DNA of 64,000 nucleotides, taken from NCBI GenBank assembly GCA_963796055.1, contig CAWCKH010000004.1:1632001-1696000 (forward strand), read 5' to 3'. Made by a program: the position numbers and the translations under genes. Below are positions 30,332-41,205 of the stretch, piece by piece. The stretch is from an uncultured delta proteobacterium (GTDB lineage: Bacteria > Myxococcota > Myxococcia > Myxococcales > Myxococcaceae). Position 1 is the stretch's first letter. Each line of letters begins with the position of its first letter. The notes under the pieces are model-generated. The model had not been told where the DNA came from. It was given only the letters and a program-made list of their open reading frames with translations, and did no database searches.

Positions 30332-30401
30332 CACCCCCGAGTTTCCCGCTCACGCCCTCAATCATGTGGTTGTGAGGGCGTGAGCGGGAAACTCGGGGGT
30401 G
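30332..30401. repeat. Perfect 29-bp inverted repeat with 12-nt loop
   Basis: cacccccgagtttcccgctcacgccctca / tgagggcgtgagcgggaaactcgggggtg. Confidence 0.95.
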
Positions 30402-30617
30402 CGCTTGCTGCCGCGCGCACAATGGGATGGGCGAGGGCGCAAGTGCTGAGAGTCCTGGAGAACGGAGCCTCGAATCGGCCCTGGTTCGCGCCCTGGAGAT
30501 AGCTCGGAAATACGCCCGATCCGGGAGCGCATTCTCGGGCGTGTTTGCGGGCGCATTGGAGGGCCATTTCGAGCCTCCAAGGGGGCATCCCCGCAATCGA
30601 TTGCGCGGCGCCGGCGC

Positions 30618-30830
30618 TCATGCGCCGCCCGCCAGGCCCTCTGGGGTGAGCCGGCGTTGGGGGTGGGAAGGAGGAGCGTCGTCGGTCAGGGCCGCCGGAG
30701 GCGGGGGAGCCGGGACGACGGAGGGGCGGAGTCGGGCATTGGGGGCGAAGACGCCGAAGTACCGGACGAGGTTGCCCCGGGGTGGGGGGACGAGAGCGGC
30801 GAGGCGGCGGAGAAAGGCGAGCGGGGAGGA
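30618..30830 (-). pseudogene. IS91-like (Y2/HUH) transposase C-terminal relic
   Basis: LAFLRRLAALVPPPRGNLVRYFGVFAPNARLRP resembles the conserved C-terminal block of this family. Confidence 0.7.
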
Positions 30831-30937
30831 TGAGGTGCTGTGCCCCGGTGGGGGAGGGCCCGAGAGCAAGGCGAATTCCTCGCCATCTTCAGATTGGCGA
30901 AGATGCCGCTCGGTGGTTGGCGTTGCCGCGACGGAGG

Positions 30938-33205
30938 TTGGGCCTGCGGCTTAGAGCTGGAGTGCGAGTCGGTCCCTACGAGGTGCTCACCGTCCTCGGA
31001 GCGGGGGGAATGGGCGAGGTGTATCGCGCCCGCGACACACGACTGGGTCGTGAGGTAGCCCTCAAGGTCATCTCCGATGGGGCTGCGCTCGACCCCGAGC
31101 GCCTTCAACGCTTCGAGCAGGAGGCCCGTCTCGCCGGCTCATTGAACCATCCCAACCTGGTCGTCGTGCACGACGTCGGCTCCGAAGGCGGCGCTCCTTT
31201 CCTGGTGACCGAGCTGCTGGAGGGAGAGTCACTGCGACATCGTCTCTCTCGGGGTCGGCTGCCGCTGCGCACGGCGCTGGAGCTCGGAGCGCAGATCGCC
31301 GAGGGCCTGGCGGCGGCTCACGCGCGCGGCGTCGTCCACCGGGACGTGAAACCGGAGAACGTCTTCCTCACCTCGGGTGGTCGAGCCAAGCTGCTCGACT
31401 TCGGCATCGCGAAGCTGACCGCGCCGAGGGGCATCGAGGGGACCAGGAACCTCCTCGACACCACGCTCACCCCAGAAGGCCTCGGGACCCGGCCCGGTGC
31501 TGTGCTCGGAACACCAGGGTTCATGTCCCCCGAGCAGGTACGCGGCGACCCCGTGGACGCCCGGACGGACATTTTCAGCCTTGGCACGGTGCTCTACGAG
31601 ATGCTGGCCGGCGCCCCCGCGTTCCCCGGCAAGAGCTTCATCGAGAGCGGGCACGCCATCCTGGAATCCGAGCCTCCTCCCCTTCCGGAGTCAGTTCCCC
31701 CCTCGGTCGATCTGCTGGTGCGGCGATGCCTGGAAAAGGAGCCAGCCCGCCGTTTTCAGTCCGCGGCCGACCTCGCCTTCGACCTCGGGGCGGCCACCGC
31801 CCCGACCTCCGTCAAGGCACGGCCGATTGTTCTCCGGACCTCGCGCTCTTTGGCCACTCGCCTCGCGGCGCTCGGCGCCGCGCTTGCCCTGGTGCTGGTG
31901 CTCGGGCTCGCGGCTGTCGGAGCACGCACGGTCTGGCTGCGGCGGGATGGTGCTGGCAGTCCGGCGCCGGCACTCGAGGTGGCCTCGGCCGGTGGGGCGC
32001 CCCAGGTCCCGGCGCCAGCGGCCGCGGCGCCCATCGAGCGCTGGCTGGTCCCGATCGGAAACTCTCCCTCTCGGGGCCCCGCCGAAGCCGCCGTGACCAT
32101 CGTCGAGTTCGCAGATTTCCACTGCCCTTACTCGAAAGCCGCGGAGGCGAGGCTCAGGCGCCTGTTCGATCGGTTTCCACAGAAGCTGCGGCTGGTCTGG
32201 AAGGACTACCCCGTGAGTGTCCACCGCTACGCCGACGGGGCGGCGCAGGTCGCCCGGGAGGTCGCGCTGCAGCGGGGGTCGGCCGCCTTCTGGCGTGCGC
32301 ATGATTTGCTCTTCGCCGCCTCACCGCTGCTCGAACCGACCCGGCTGATCAAGCAAGCCCGCGCGCTGGGGCTCGAGCCGGAGGCGGTGCAGGCGGCGCT
32401 CGACGGAGCACCCCATCGGGCCGCAATCGACGCCGACGTCGACCTCGCCGCCCGCGTGGGCCTCCCAGGCATCCCCGCCTTCTTCGTCAACGGACGGAAG
32501 GTCATGACTGACGACGGCGCCGAGCTCGAGCAGGTCGTTGCTGACGAGCTGGCCGAGGCCCGGCGCCGGCTCGACTCGGGTGTGCCGGCGGCCCACCTCT
32601 ATGAGGAATTCGAGCGAGGCGCGCGCGAGCACGGCGAGGATCGGCCGCGGGTAGCGCTGCCCGACCCAGGGTCGCGACCTTCGCGAGGCGGCCCTCCGCG
32701 CTCGGCACTCCCCATCCATCAGTTCTGCGAACTGGGCAACTACTTTTGCGCCTTGATGGAGCCGGTGTTCCACACGATGCTGGACAGCTACGGCGACGAG
32801 GTTCGCCTGGTCTGGTGGGACGTGTCCGACCTGCAGCAGCCGGAGGGGGCCCGGCTCGCCCGAGCAGCGGCCGGCGTGGGTCCCCGCTTCTGGGAACTGC
32901 ACGACCTGGTCCTGGCGAACCGGCGCCGCGACGACTTCACCTGGCCGCCGCCGGAGATCCCGTCTCCAGCAGTGCTGCGCCGGTATGCGCGGCAGATCGG
33001 CGCGGATCTGGGGTTGTTCGACTACGTGATGGCGACTGGCATTGGTGGCGCGGAGGTCGAGCAGCTCAAGCAGGCCCGCGCCCTGGGGGTGAAGCCGCCC
33101 TCGCTGGTGATCGACGGCGAGGTCCACAGCGGTGGGGAGCCGCCCCACCTGCTACGCGCTGCCATCGACAGGGCGCTGGCCCGGCGCAACCCTCCCGCGC
33201 GGTAG
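30938..33205 (+). CDS. Hanks-type Ser/Thr kinase - TM - two DsbA/thioredoxin-like domains
   Basis: LGAGGMGEVY, VALK, HRDVKPEN, DFG, GTPGFMSPEQ; TM; GPAEAAVTIVEFADFHCPYS, GIPAFFVNG; start approximate. Confidence 0.9.
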   Translation: MGLRLRAGVRVGPYEVLTVLGAGGMGEVYRARDTRLGREVALKVISDGAALDPERLQRFEQEARLAGSLNHPNLVVVHDVGSEGGAPFLVTELLEGESLRHRLSRGRLPLRTALELGAQIAEGLAAAHARGVVHRDVKPENVFLTSGGRAKLLDFGIAKLTAPRGIEGTRNLLDTTLTPEGLGTRPGAVLGTPGFMSPEQVRGDPVDARTDIFSLGTVLYEMLAGAPAFPGKSFIESGHAILESEPPPLPESVPPSVDLLVRRCLEKEPARRFQSAADLAFDLGAATAPTSVKARPIVLRTSRSLATRLAALGAALALVLVLGLAAVGARTVWLRRDGAGSPAPALEVASAGGAPQVPAPAAAAPIERWLVPIGNSPSRGPAEAAVTIVEFADFHCPYSKAAEARLRRLFDRFPQKLRLVWKDYPVSVHRYADGAAQVAREVALQRGSAAFWRAHDLLFAASPLLEPTRLIKQARALGLEPEAVQAALDGAPHRAAIDADVDLAARVGLPGIPAFFVNGRKVMTDDGAELEQVVADELAEARRRLDSGVPAAHLYEEFERGAREHGEDRPRVALPDPGSRPSRGGPPRSALPIHQFCELGNYFCALMEPVFHTMLDSYGDEVRLVWWDVSDLQQPEGARLARAAAGVGPRFWELHDLVLANRRRDDFTWPPPEIPSPAVLRRYARQIGADLGLFDYVMATGIGGAEVEQLKQARALGVKPPSLVIDGEVHSGGEPPHLLRAAIDRALARRNPPAR

Positions 33206-33423
33206 CGGCGTCTCGCGCTGGGGACGGGCCGTCCAGGTGGTCGCCCCGCCGTCGGCCGCGGGCAGGACCGGCCCGGACTCGACGCGGCCGTTCGCCCTCG
33301 GGTCGCGCGCTCGGTAGCTGATGCACCGGCGATGCAGTCCAGTTCAGCTCCTTCGTCTTCTGGAGGCCGTTCGAGGGCTTGGCCACTCCACGACGGGGAC
33401 TGAAAATCCCGCCGCGCTGGGGT

Positions 33424-34140
<717 letters not shown>

Positions 34141-34490
34141 CAAAGCTTTTCCGCTCGAGAGAGCTCCGGAGTTACTTCGAGGACCGCGAGGCGGCGGTTG
34201 AGCGCGAGGTTGCCGCCCTCCCCGAGGCGCAGCTGGCGCAAGTGGATGAAAACGCATGGGCTGGGGCGCTGGCTGAGAAGTACGCCGTCCGCATGCCGGA
34301 GATCGATCCGGAGAGGACCTGGCTCGATCCCGGTTCCCCAACCTGTTCATGGTCCCCGATCCGTACGGGCCACAGACGGTCAAGGGGCGGTGCTCGTACC
34401 TCCACGTTCCGTTCAAGGGAAACGCCGCGGTCTTCGAGATGCAGGGTTCCACCTGGGGCGGCACGAAGCCGATCGGAGACGTGCGTGAAG
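34141..34490 (+). pseudogene. Frameshifted fragment of an uncharacterised gene
   Basis: Protein-like KLFRSRELRSYFEDRE... continues in another frame as YLHVPFKGNAAVFEMQ; abuts the integrase breakpoint. Confidence 0.45.
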
Positions 34491-34809
34491 CGGGTCGTTC
34501 GGCCGATTCTGTACCCAGGTGCTGCAACCGTGCAGCCTGGTTGCCAGCGGTGATCGAGACGGCGACTTCGACGAGAGCGCGACGCGTCCGAAAGATCCCG
34601 CTGTTTGCATCGACTGGGGCGTCCTCGATGGACGCGGAGACCCGGTCCACGGCGCGAAGCCCCGGCGGGCGCCCAGGTGCCATTCCGCCCGCCCGCCAGT
34701 AGGACCAGGCAGCCAGCCTGCTCCGCGTTTGCGAGTCGAGGGTGAAACGCTGCAGAGTGTTCGATATCCCCGCCGAGACCAGGTGCGGAGAGCTCAAGGA
34801 GTTCCTCCC

Positions 34810-34989
34810 ATGCCCGACTACGAGTTCTTCTGCCGGAGGTGCAGCAGGCAGTTCACGGTGCACATGACCATCGATGAGCACGATCGTCACGTGGCCGAGT
34901 GCCCGGAGTGCAAGAGCGACCAGGAAGTCCAGCGGACCATCAGTCACTTCAACGTCCAGACGACCAAGAAGTCCTCTGCGTACAAGTAG
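34810..34989 (+). CDS. FmdB family zinc-ribbon protein
   Basis: MPDYEFFCRRC...CPECKS; AAGGAG RBS. Confidence 0.88.
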   Translation: MPDYEFFCRRCSRQFTVHMTIDEHDRHVAECPECKSDQEVQRTISHFNVQTTKKSSAYK

Positions 34990-35191
34990 AGCGCGGGCGT
35001 CAGAGCCCACCCTCCTATTGGCCTCCAGCAGCGATTCCTGAACTCAGGCTCCGCGTCCTTGCCCGGATCCGCGCCCGTCGGTCCCGCGCTCCCGGATGGC
35101 GAGGGGCCCGGTGCCCACGGCCCGCTCGCCGACGCCGAGAACGCCTTCGCGAGGCCTCCCGAGGCTCCCCTGCCTGATAAGAGCGCGTCTC

Positions 35192-36745
35192 ATGGACTGG
35201 GATTACGCCATTGTCGGCTCCGGTTTCGGCGGCAGCGTTTGCGGGCTTCGCCTCACCGAGAAGGGCTACCGCGTCCTCATGCTGGAGAAAGGCCGCCGCT
35301 TCCGCGCCGAGGATTTCCCCCGCTCCAACTGGAATCTCCCCCGCTGGCTCTGGCTACCGACGCTCGGCTGCCGCGGCATCTTCAAGATGACGTTCCTGCG
35401 CCACGTGACCGTGCTCTCGGGCGTGGGCGTGGGCGGGGGCTCTCTCGTCTACGCCAACACGCTGCCCACGCCGGAGGACGATTTCTTCGCCGCCCCCTCC
35501 TGGGGACACCTGGCCGACTGGAAGAGGGAGCTGGAGCCGTACTACGCGACCGCGCTGCGCATGCTGGGCGTGACGCAGTACCCGCATGAGACCTATTCCG
35601 ACAAGGTATTGCGCGAGGTCGCCAGGGACATCGGCCGGGCCGATCAGTTCCGTACGACGCGCGTGGCAGTCTACTTCGGCGATCCGGGCAAGACGGTGCC
35701 CGACCCGTACTTCGGCGGCGAGGGGCCCGACCGCACCGGCTGCATCGAGTGCGGCGCGTGCATGACCGGCTGCCGGCACAATGCCAAGAACACGCTGGAC
35801 AAGAACTACCTCTACCTCGCCGAGAAGCGCGGCATGAAGATCGAGGCCGACACGGAAGTTACCTGGGTGAGCGCGCTCGAGGGCGGCGGCTATCGCGTCG
35901 ACGCCGTCACGGGGCGTGGCTTGTTCGGCAAGCGCAAGCGGTCGTTGACCGCGCGCAAGGTGATTTTCTCCGGAGGAGTGCTGGGCACCCTGCCGCTCCT
36001 GCTCAAGCTCAAGGCGAGCCCCCGGGGGCTGCCGCGGCTGTCCGAACGGCTTGGCTCCTTCGTCCGCACCAACTCGGAGTCGCTCATCGGCGTCACGACC
36101 CGCGCCGACCGCGACCTATCGGAGGGTATCGCCATCACCAGCATCCTCCACACCGACGAGCACTCGCACGTCGAGCCCGTCCGCTACGCGAAAGGATCGG
36201 GCTTCTTCCGCCTGCTGATGTCGCCTCACGTGCCGGGCAAGAGTGCGCCTTTGCGGCTCCTGCGCGCGCTCATGGCACTGCTCCGCCATCCGCTCCGCTT
36301 CTTGCGCGCCTATCTCGTCGACGACTGGGCGAAGCGGACGATGATTCTCCTCTTCATGCGCACGCTCGAGGGCCATTTGCGCCTGCGGCTGGGCCCGCTC
36401 GGCCTCACCACCGCGCTCGCCGAGGGCCCGGCGCCGACCGCGGCCATCCCCGAGGCGACCGCGCTGGCGCACCGGGTGGAGGAGAAGATCGACGGCTTCG
36501 CGGAGAGCCTCATCAGCGAGACGATCCTAGGCACCCCGACCACCGCGCACATCCTCGGCGGCGCGTGCATGGGCGCGAGCGCCAGCGAGGGTGTCATCGA
36601 CGACAAGCACCGCGTCTTTGGCTACGAAGGGCTCTACGTGATCGACGGCTCGGCCATCTCCGCCAACCCCGGAGTGAACCCGGCGCTGACCATCACCGCG
36701 CTTGCGGAGCGGGCGATGTCCTTCGTTCCTCCGGCCTCGGCGTAG
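35192..36745 (+). CDS. GMC oxidoreductase (cholesterol oxidase-like)
   Basis: IVGSGFGG, GVGGGSLVY, CIECGACMTGC, AHILGG, GVNPALTITALAER. Confidence 0.9.
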   Translation: MDWDYAIVGSGFGGSVCGLRLTEKGYRVLMLEKGRRFRAEDFPRSNWNLPRWLWLPTLGCRGIFKMTFLRHVTVLSGVGVGGGSLVYANTLPTPEDDFFAAPSWGHLADWKRELEPYYATALRMLGVTQYPHETYSDKVLREVARDIGRADQFRTTRVAVYFGDPGKTVPDPYFGGEGPDRTGCIECGACMTGCRHNAKNTLDKNYLYLAEKRGMKIEADTEVTWVSALEGGGYRVDAVTGRGLFGKRKRSLTARKVIFSGGVLGTLPLLLKLKASPRGLPRLSERLGSFVRTNSESLIGVTTRADRDLSEGIAITSILHTDEHSHVEPVRYAKGSGFFRLLMSPHVPGKSAPLRLLRALMALLRHPLRFLRAYLVDDWAKRTMILLFMRTLEGHLRLRLGPLGLTTALAEGPAPTAAIPEATALAHRVEEKIDGFAESLISETILGTPTTAHILGGACMGASASEGVIDDKHRVFGYEGLYVIDGSAISANPGVNPALTITALAERAMSFVPPASA

Positions 36746-37144
36746 CGTCGAGCGGGGGCAGCGCCTCCAGCCACTCGCGCAGCGCCCCCTTGTCCAGCTC
36801 GCGGATCGCACCGGCCGGGTAGAGCCTGAGGCCAGCGGGGAGAACCTCGGGTCGCGGCCCGGGCTCACCGAGGGGCCGCTGGTGCTCCGGGCCGCCGGGG
36901 AAGCAGCCCGATCAGGCCAAGCCGGAGGCGACCCCACTCAAGACGCGGCAGAAGTGAGGAGACGAGCCGGGCTCTCGACGGGGGTTGTCCAGGCAGTGCC
37001 ACGCCGTGCGCGCGCCTGGCAGTCAGCTGCACCGTGTGGGCTCGAGCGGCGGTACCTCGAGTCAGTGCGAGCCGGGGGTGCAATGAAGTCCGCAGCCGGA
37101 GCCGGCGAGGCGCTAGAGTGCCCCAAAACCGGAAGGAGTCATTC

Positions 37145-37357
37145 ATGGCGGCGCGCAGGAAGGTGACCTCCCGCAAGAAGCTGACCTCCAAGGTCCAGAA
37201 AGATGTCGAGAACATCGGGCGAACCCTGCAGCGCCTCGGGAAGAAGCTGCTCGGCGACGCCAGGGCCGCGGCCTTCGATGCTACCGAGCGCACACTGTCC
37301 GTAGCGCAGAAGAAGCTGCAGAAGGTGCGAGTGCAGCTCAAAAAGCCCACTGCCTAG
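37145..37357 (+). CDS. Small basic helical hypothetical protein (70 aa)
   Basis: AAGGAG RBS, MAARRKVTSRKKL..., strong GC3 bias. Confidence 0.6.
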   Translation: MAARRKVTSRKKLTSKVQKDVENIGRTLQRLGKKLLGDARAAAFDATERTLSVAQKKLQKVRVQLKKPTA

Positions 37358-37515
37358 CTGTGAAGGCTCAGTAGGTTGTTCCCAGCGGATGGGACTGCCC
37401 ATCCGCCGGGCCCTGTGGATTGCTGGCGTTGCTCAGACGACCGGCAAACACAGGAACCCGAACGGATGAACCTTCACAGTAGAGCCCGGACCTGGCCCGG
37501 CCGCATCGGGCGGGC

Positions 37516-37810
37516 GCGGTCAATCTTCGCCATTACCTCGCGCTCCGCCTGCACGACCTCCGCCGCCTCCAGCATGCGTTGGCCGAGCTCGGCGCCTGTC
37601 CTCGCTCGGACGCGCCGAGGGCACGTCGAGGCGACGCTGCAGGCGGTCTGCCGGGCCCTGCGGGCGCTCGGCGGGCAGCCGGCGGTGGAGGAGCGGCTGC
37701 GCGGGCCAGACTTCGCCGAGGGCCGGAGCGCGCTGGTCCGGAACGCCGAGGCGCTGCTCGGATCTGCGCCGTCCGGGAGGGCCGTGCGGATCATGGTCAC
37801 CGCCGGCACC
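37516..37810 (+). pseudogene. Relic of a long-type pyruvate kinase N-terminus
   Basis: HYLALRLHDLRRLQHALAELG / frameshift / LSSLGRAEGHV...EALLGSAPSGRAVRIMVT. Confidence 0.65.
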
Positions 37811-37910
37811 CCGTGAAGCGGTCTGCCGGTTGACGAAGACGACGGAAGCGCCCAGAACCATCGCGCGGCGGCGAGAGACCGATCATCGCCTGACCGAAGG
37901 AGGCGGAGGC

Positions 37911-38069
37911 ATGGGCAATCTCTTGTGGATCGTGGCGTTCGTCCTCGTCGCCCTCTGGGTGCTGGCGCAAAGGGCCAATGTCATGATGGGCGGCTTCATC
38001 CACGTGCTCCTGGTTCTGGCCGTGGCGACCGTGCTCATCCGGATCATCACCGGCCGCAAGATCGCCTGA
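37911..38069 (+). CDS. lmo0937/DUF5670 family small membrane protein
   Basis: LWIVAFVLVALWVL..GGFIHVLLVLAV..IRIITGRK. Confidence 0.85.
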   Translation: MGNLLWIVAFVLVALWVLAQRANVMMGGFIHVLLVLAVATVLIRIITGRKIA

Positions 38070-38238
38070 ACGACGGAGACTTAGCGCTGGGGACAGCCTC
38101 CGTTTGCTGGCGCCACCTCGGAACATGGTTACGTTCAAAGGTGCGGGTGGCGGTCCAGCTGCTCGCTCGAGTCATCTGCACTAGGTCAGAGTTTCTCGAT
38201 TCGTAAACGCGTAGTCAGAACGAATTCGAGGTCTCACC

Positions 38239-38553
38239 ATGTTTGCTCGCAATGTGCATCTGCACCTGAAGCCCAACACTGCCAAGCAGTTCACCCAGAC
38301 GCTAGAGAAGGACGTGCTTCCCCTCCTGCGCAAGCAGCCAGGTTTCCAGGAGGAAGTTGCCTTCATCGCTTCCAACGGAACCGATGCGTACGCGATGAGC
38401 TTCTGGGAGTCGAAGGACAACGCGGAACAATACGTCCGCGCCGCGTATCAGGACGTGCTGAAGGCGATGGGTAACGTCGTCCAGGGCACCCCGGAGGTTC
38501 TGAGCTACGAGGTGTGCAGCTCGACCATCCCGAAGATCACCGCTCGGGCCTAA
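38239..38553 (+). CDS. ABM-like dimeric alpha-beta barrel protein
   Basis: MFARNV..LPLLRKQPGF..SFWESKDNAE; GAGG RBS. Confidence 0.7.
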   Translation: MFARNVHLHLKPNTAKQFTQTLEKDVLPLLRKQPGFQEEVAFIASNGTDAYAMSFWESKDNAEQYVRAAYQDVLKAMGNVVQGTPEVLSYEVCSSTIPKITARA

Positions 38554-38653
38554 AGGTTCGCGCTGAGGTGTTGTCGAGGGGCGGCGCAGGCCGCCCTTTC
38601 TTTGTCCGCGAACGGGCGTCCTTCGTCGTCTGCGAGCCCGCGCTGCGGAGGCA

Positions 38654-38716
38654 CCCGCCGCCGAGGGTCGCCACCACCTCGTAGGGGCCGACGCGGGTGC
38701 CGGGGGCGAGGCGCAC
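38654..38716 (-). pseudogene. Ser/Thr kinase N-terminal relic
   Basis: VRLAPGTRVGPYEVVATLGGG aligns with LRLRAGVRVGPYEVLTVLGAGG of the 30.9-kb kinase. Confidence 0.7.
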
Positions 38717-38788
38717 GGGACGAGCTCACCCTCGGACCCCGGCCGGAGCGCGGTCGAGGCGAAGGCGTCGTTCGGCGGGCCGCGCGCA

Positions 38789-39475
38789 TCAAAAGGAGCC
38801 CGCGAGCCCGATGCCGTTGCCGAGGAACCTCCACTGCACGCGCAGTCCGGGTTTGACTGCGTCGGCCGCGTCGCGGGCAGCGGTGGGATGAGTCCAGATC
38901 TGCGCTTCCCAGATCGCGCTGCCGCCGACGAGGGTGAGGAGCGCCCGGCCGCCGAGCTTGTATCCAAAGTAGAGGATCGCCGAGAGGCCGGCGTTCACCG
39001 TCAGGCCGAGGACGTGGTTGAGGAGCGAGCGGTAGAAGCGTTCTCCGTTCGCCGCGCGTTCGAACAGTGCACGCAGCGCCTGAGCTTTCGCCGCACGCTG
39101 CGCATCGCTGTCCTCGGGCATCGCCCGGATGTCATCGAGGCCGTAGGCCGCCGCCGGCGGGAAGAAGAGCACCGCGAGCATCCCGGCACCGCTGAAGCCA
39201 ATGTTGTAGTAGGCGTTGATCTTCGCGCCCTGGTTGGTGGTGGTGGCGGCGATCACCACCTCTGCTGCGACCACCGTTCCGAGAAAACCGGACCACCCCC
39301 AGTACCAGAGCCGGGCGTGGAGCTCCTCGCTCTCCAGGGCGCGCCAGCGCGAGGCGACCTCCGGATCCTCGCGTACAAACGACGGGAGCGCCGGGGCGTC
39401 GGCCAGCGGCGCGTCGGGAGGCAACCGGCCAGCCGAGGCCAGGGCGGCGAGCAGGACCAGCGCAGCAGCGCTCAA
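38789..39475 (-). CDS. Hypothetical membrane/secreted protein
   Basis: Signal-like start, several hydrophobic segments, C-terminal GIGLAGSF; start uncertain. Confidence 0.55.
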   Translation of the reverse strand: MSAAALVLLAALASAGRLPPDAPLADAPALPSFVREDPEVASRWRALESEELHARLWYWGWSGFLGTVVAAEVVIAATTTNQGAKINAYYNIGFSGAGMLAVLFFPPAAAYGLDDIRAMPEDSDAQRAAKAQALRALFERAANGERFYRSLLNHVLGLTVNAGLSAILYFGYKLGGRALLTLVGGSAIWEAQIWTHPTAARDAADAVKPGLRVQWRFLGNGIGLAGSF

Positions 39476-39695
39476 GGGATCTCCGGAGGCCGGACGGGTG
39501 AGGGGAGCGCACGATAGACGCTTCTCGGTCGCAGGGAAGCCGGCATCGCCCGCTCCACTCCCGCGGACAACCGCGATAGAGGCTCGGGGAGTGGCTTTCC
39601 TGGATCCGAAGAGCGCGCTGGCCCGCTGGATGCCCCGGCTGGTGGCGGTCTGGCGGCGGCACTTCCGTTGGCCCGAGGGTCCCCCGACGCTCGCG

Positions 39696-39771
39696 CTGGC
39701 TTTCCTCCGCCGCCTCGCCGCGCTCGTCCCGCCACCGAGGTCCTCCGCTACTTCGGCGTCTTCGCTTCCAA
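39696..39771 (+). pseudogene. Second IS91-like transposase relic
   Basis: LAFLRRLAALVPPPR / short deletion / LRYFGVFASN; homologous to the relic at 30618-30830. Confidence 0.7.
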
Positions 39772-39915
39772 CCTGTCTCCCCGACACGCTGAAGGGGTCG
39801 GAGTCGCTCGGATTTCCGCCGCGCGATTCCGGCCCCTTCGACGTTTCTCCGGGGGTTCATGGAACCGGACGGGGCGAACCACCGGCTTCATCCCGCACGT
39901 CGGACACCTCCGGAA
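39772..39915. repeat. Third, collapsed att/integrase relic
   Basis: cctgtctccccgacacgctgaaggggtcggagtcgctcgg matches 27767-27806; 39857-39914 matches integrase 28081-28150 with an internal deletion. Confidence 0.85.
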
Positions 39916-39984
39916 GCCGCCTTCTCGTCCGACAATTCGCGCGAACTGGCCCCGTGTTGGTCACTCTCCCCTGGCCATCCTGAT

Positions 39985-40235
39985 CATCTGAGCGGTGTCT
40001 GTGACGTGGTCGTACTTGACGCCTTGCCAGCCGCGTTGAATTGCCAGAGGTGACCGTTGTTGGGGAACGAGTAGCGGTTGCCGTGGGACGTAGCCTCAAA
40101 TGCGATGAGGACAAAGACCTTGTCACCCCCGTCGAAGATCGTGTGCGGCTCAAAGCGAGTGATTTGGACTAGGGCCATTGACTCAAAGAATCCCACAATG
40201 TTCGCTTTGCCCCGGCGTGCTTGCAGCCACGGTGA
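39985..40235 (-). pseudogene. SnoaL/NTF2-like gene relic (lower GC)
   Basis: PWLQARRGKANIVGFF..GDKVFVLI..HLWQFNAAGK then frameshift; no start. Confidence 0.6.
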
Positions 40236-40500
40236 TGCCCTTGGCGCGAGTCGGGCGACGAGGAGCTGTCCCTGCGGAGTGCAGGCCGCGGCGGCCCTGA
40301 ATCGCTCGTCGCGGAGGCGGCGGGCCTTGCCGTGCCCGGCGAGCACGAGGAAGAGAACGCGGCGCGGGGGGAACGGGCGGCCAGACCTCACCCGGGCCTT
40401 CCGGGCAGTGAGCGCCGGTCCCTCCGACCTCGACGGTTCCCGCGAGGCCGCGCCCGGAACTTGCGTCTGCGAGGGGTTGGAAACCGGCCCGCTGGCACTC

Positions 40501-40860
40501 TCAGGGCATCGGACTCTGCGGGAGGGCCCGTGAGAGGCCACCCACCGAGACCAGGACGACCAGTAGCCCCAGAATCATATTGTTCCACACCGTAGCGACA
40601 GCGGCGTGGGGCAGCAGGGCGGCGCCCATCACGACCCACGCCCCGACGGCCGTGTTCAGCCAGCGCATCGGCGGGATCCTCAGCGCGGACAGTGCGAAGA
40701 CCACCACCAGGGCCCCACAGAGCGCGCTGTTGATCCGGGACACCTCGGAGTGCGGCCAGATGAAGGCGGAGATGAAGAGCCAGGCACCCAGCGCCACGTT
40801 CACCGACCGGGCGAAGGTGTTCGAGCGCCTGTCGAGGGGTCGTTGCTCGACCGTTGTCAT
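40501..40860 (-). CDS. SPW-repeat membrane protein
   Basis: NVALGAWLFISAF, WLNTAVGAW, WNNMILG; GAGGAGG RBS. Confidence 0.82.
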   Translation of the reverse strand: MTTVEQRPLDRRSNTFARSVNVALGAWLFISAFIWPHSEVSRINSALCGALVVVFALSALRIPPMRWLNTAVGAWVVMGAALLPHAAVATVWNNMILGLLVVLVSVGGLSRALPQSPMP

Positions 40861-41205
40861 GAGAAGCCTCCTCGGGATTGACACTAGGAAGATCGATACA
40901 GATCCCCCTACACGCATTGGTCGGCGGTACACCAAATGCATGGGGTCCCAAGCACTTGCGATGCCAAGATCGGGCGACTGGCCCCAGCGGTTCGAGACGC
41001 CGCTCCCGTCACACCGGCCGGAACGAGGAGCTCGAGTCGCTGCCTGGCAGTCATTGAGTGTCAGGACGTTCCGAGCCTCTCGGTGCGGTCGGTGGAGTCT
41101 CAGCCGCAGAGCGGCAGGTGAGGTCCGGCTTTCCCTGAGCCTGCAGGGCAACACCGGTAGAGGGCGAGGCTGGCGACGATACTTGGGCTCCCATATGTTT
41201 CTAGG

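Noticed and set aside
36746..36940. Protein-like minus-strand stretch (LYPAGAIRELDKGALREWLEALPP)
   Set aside because: Possibly another relic, but I cannot assign a family or a start.
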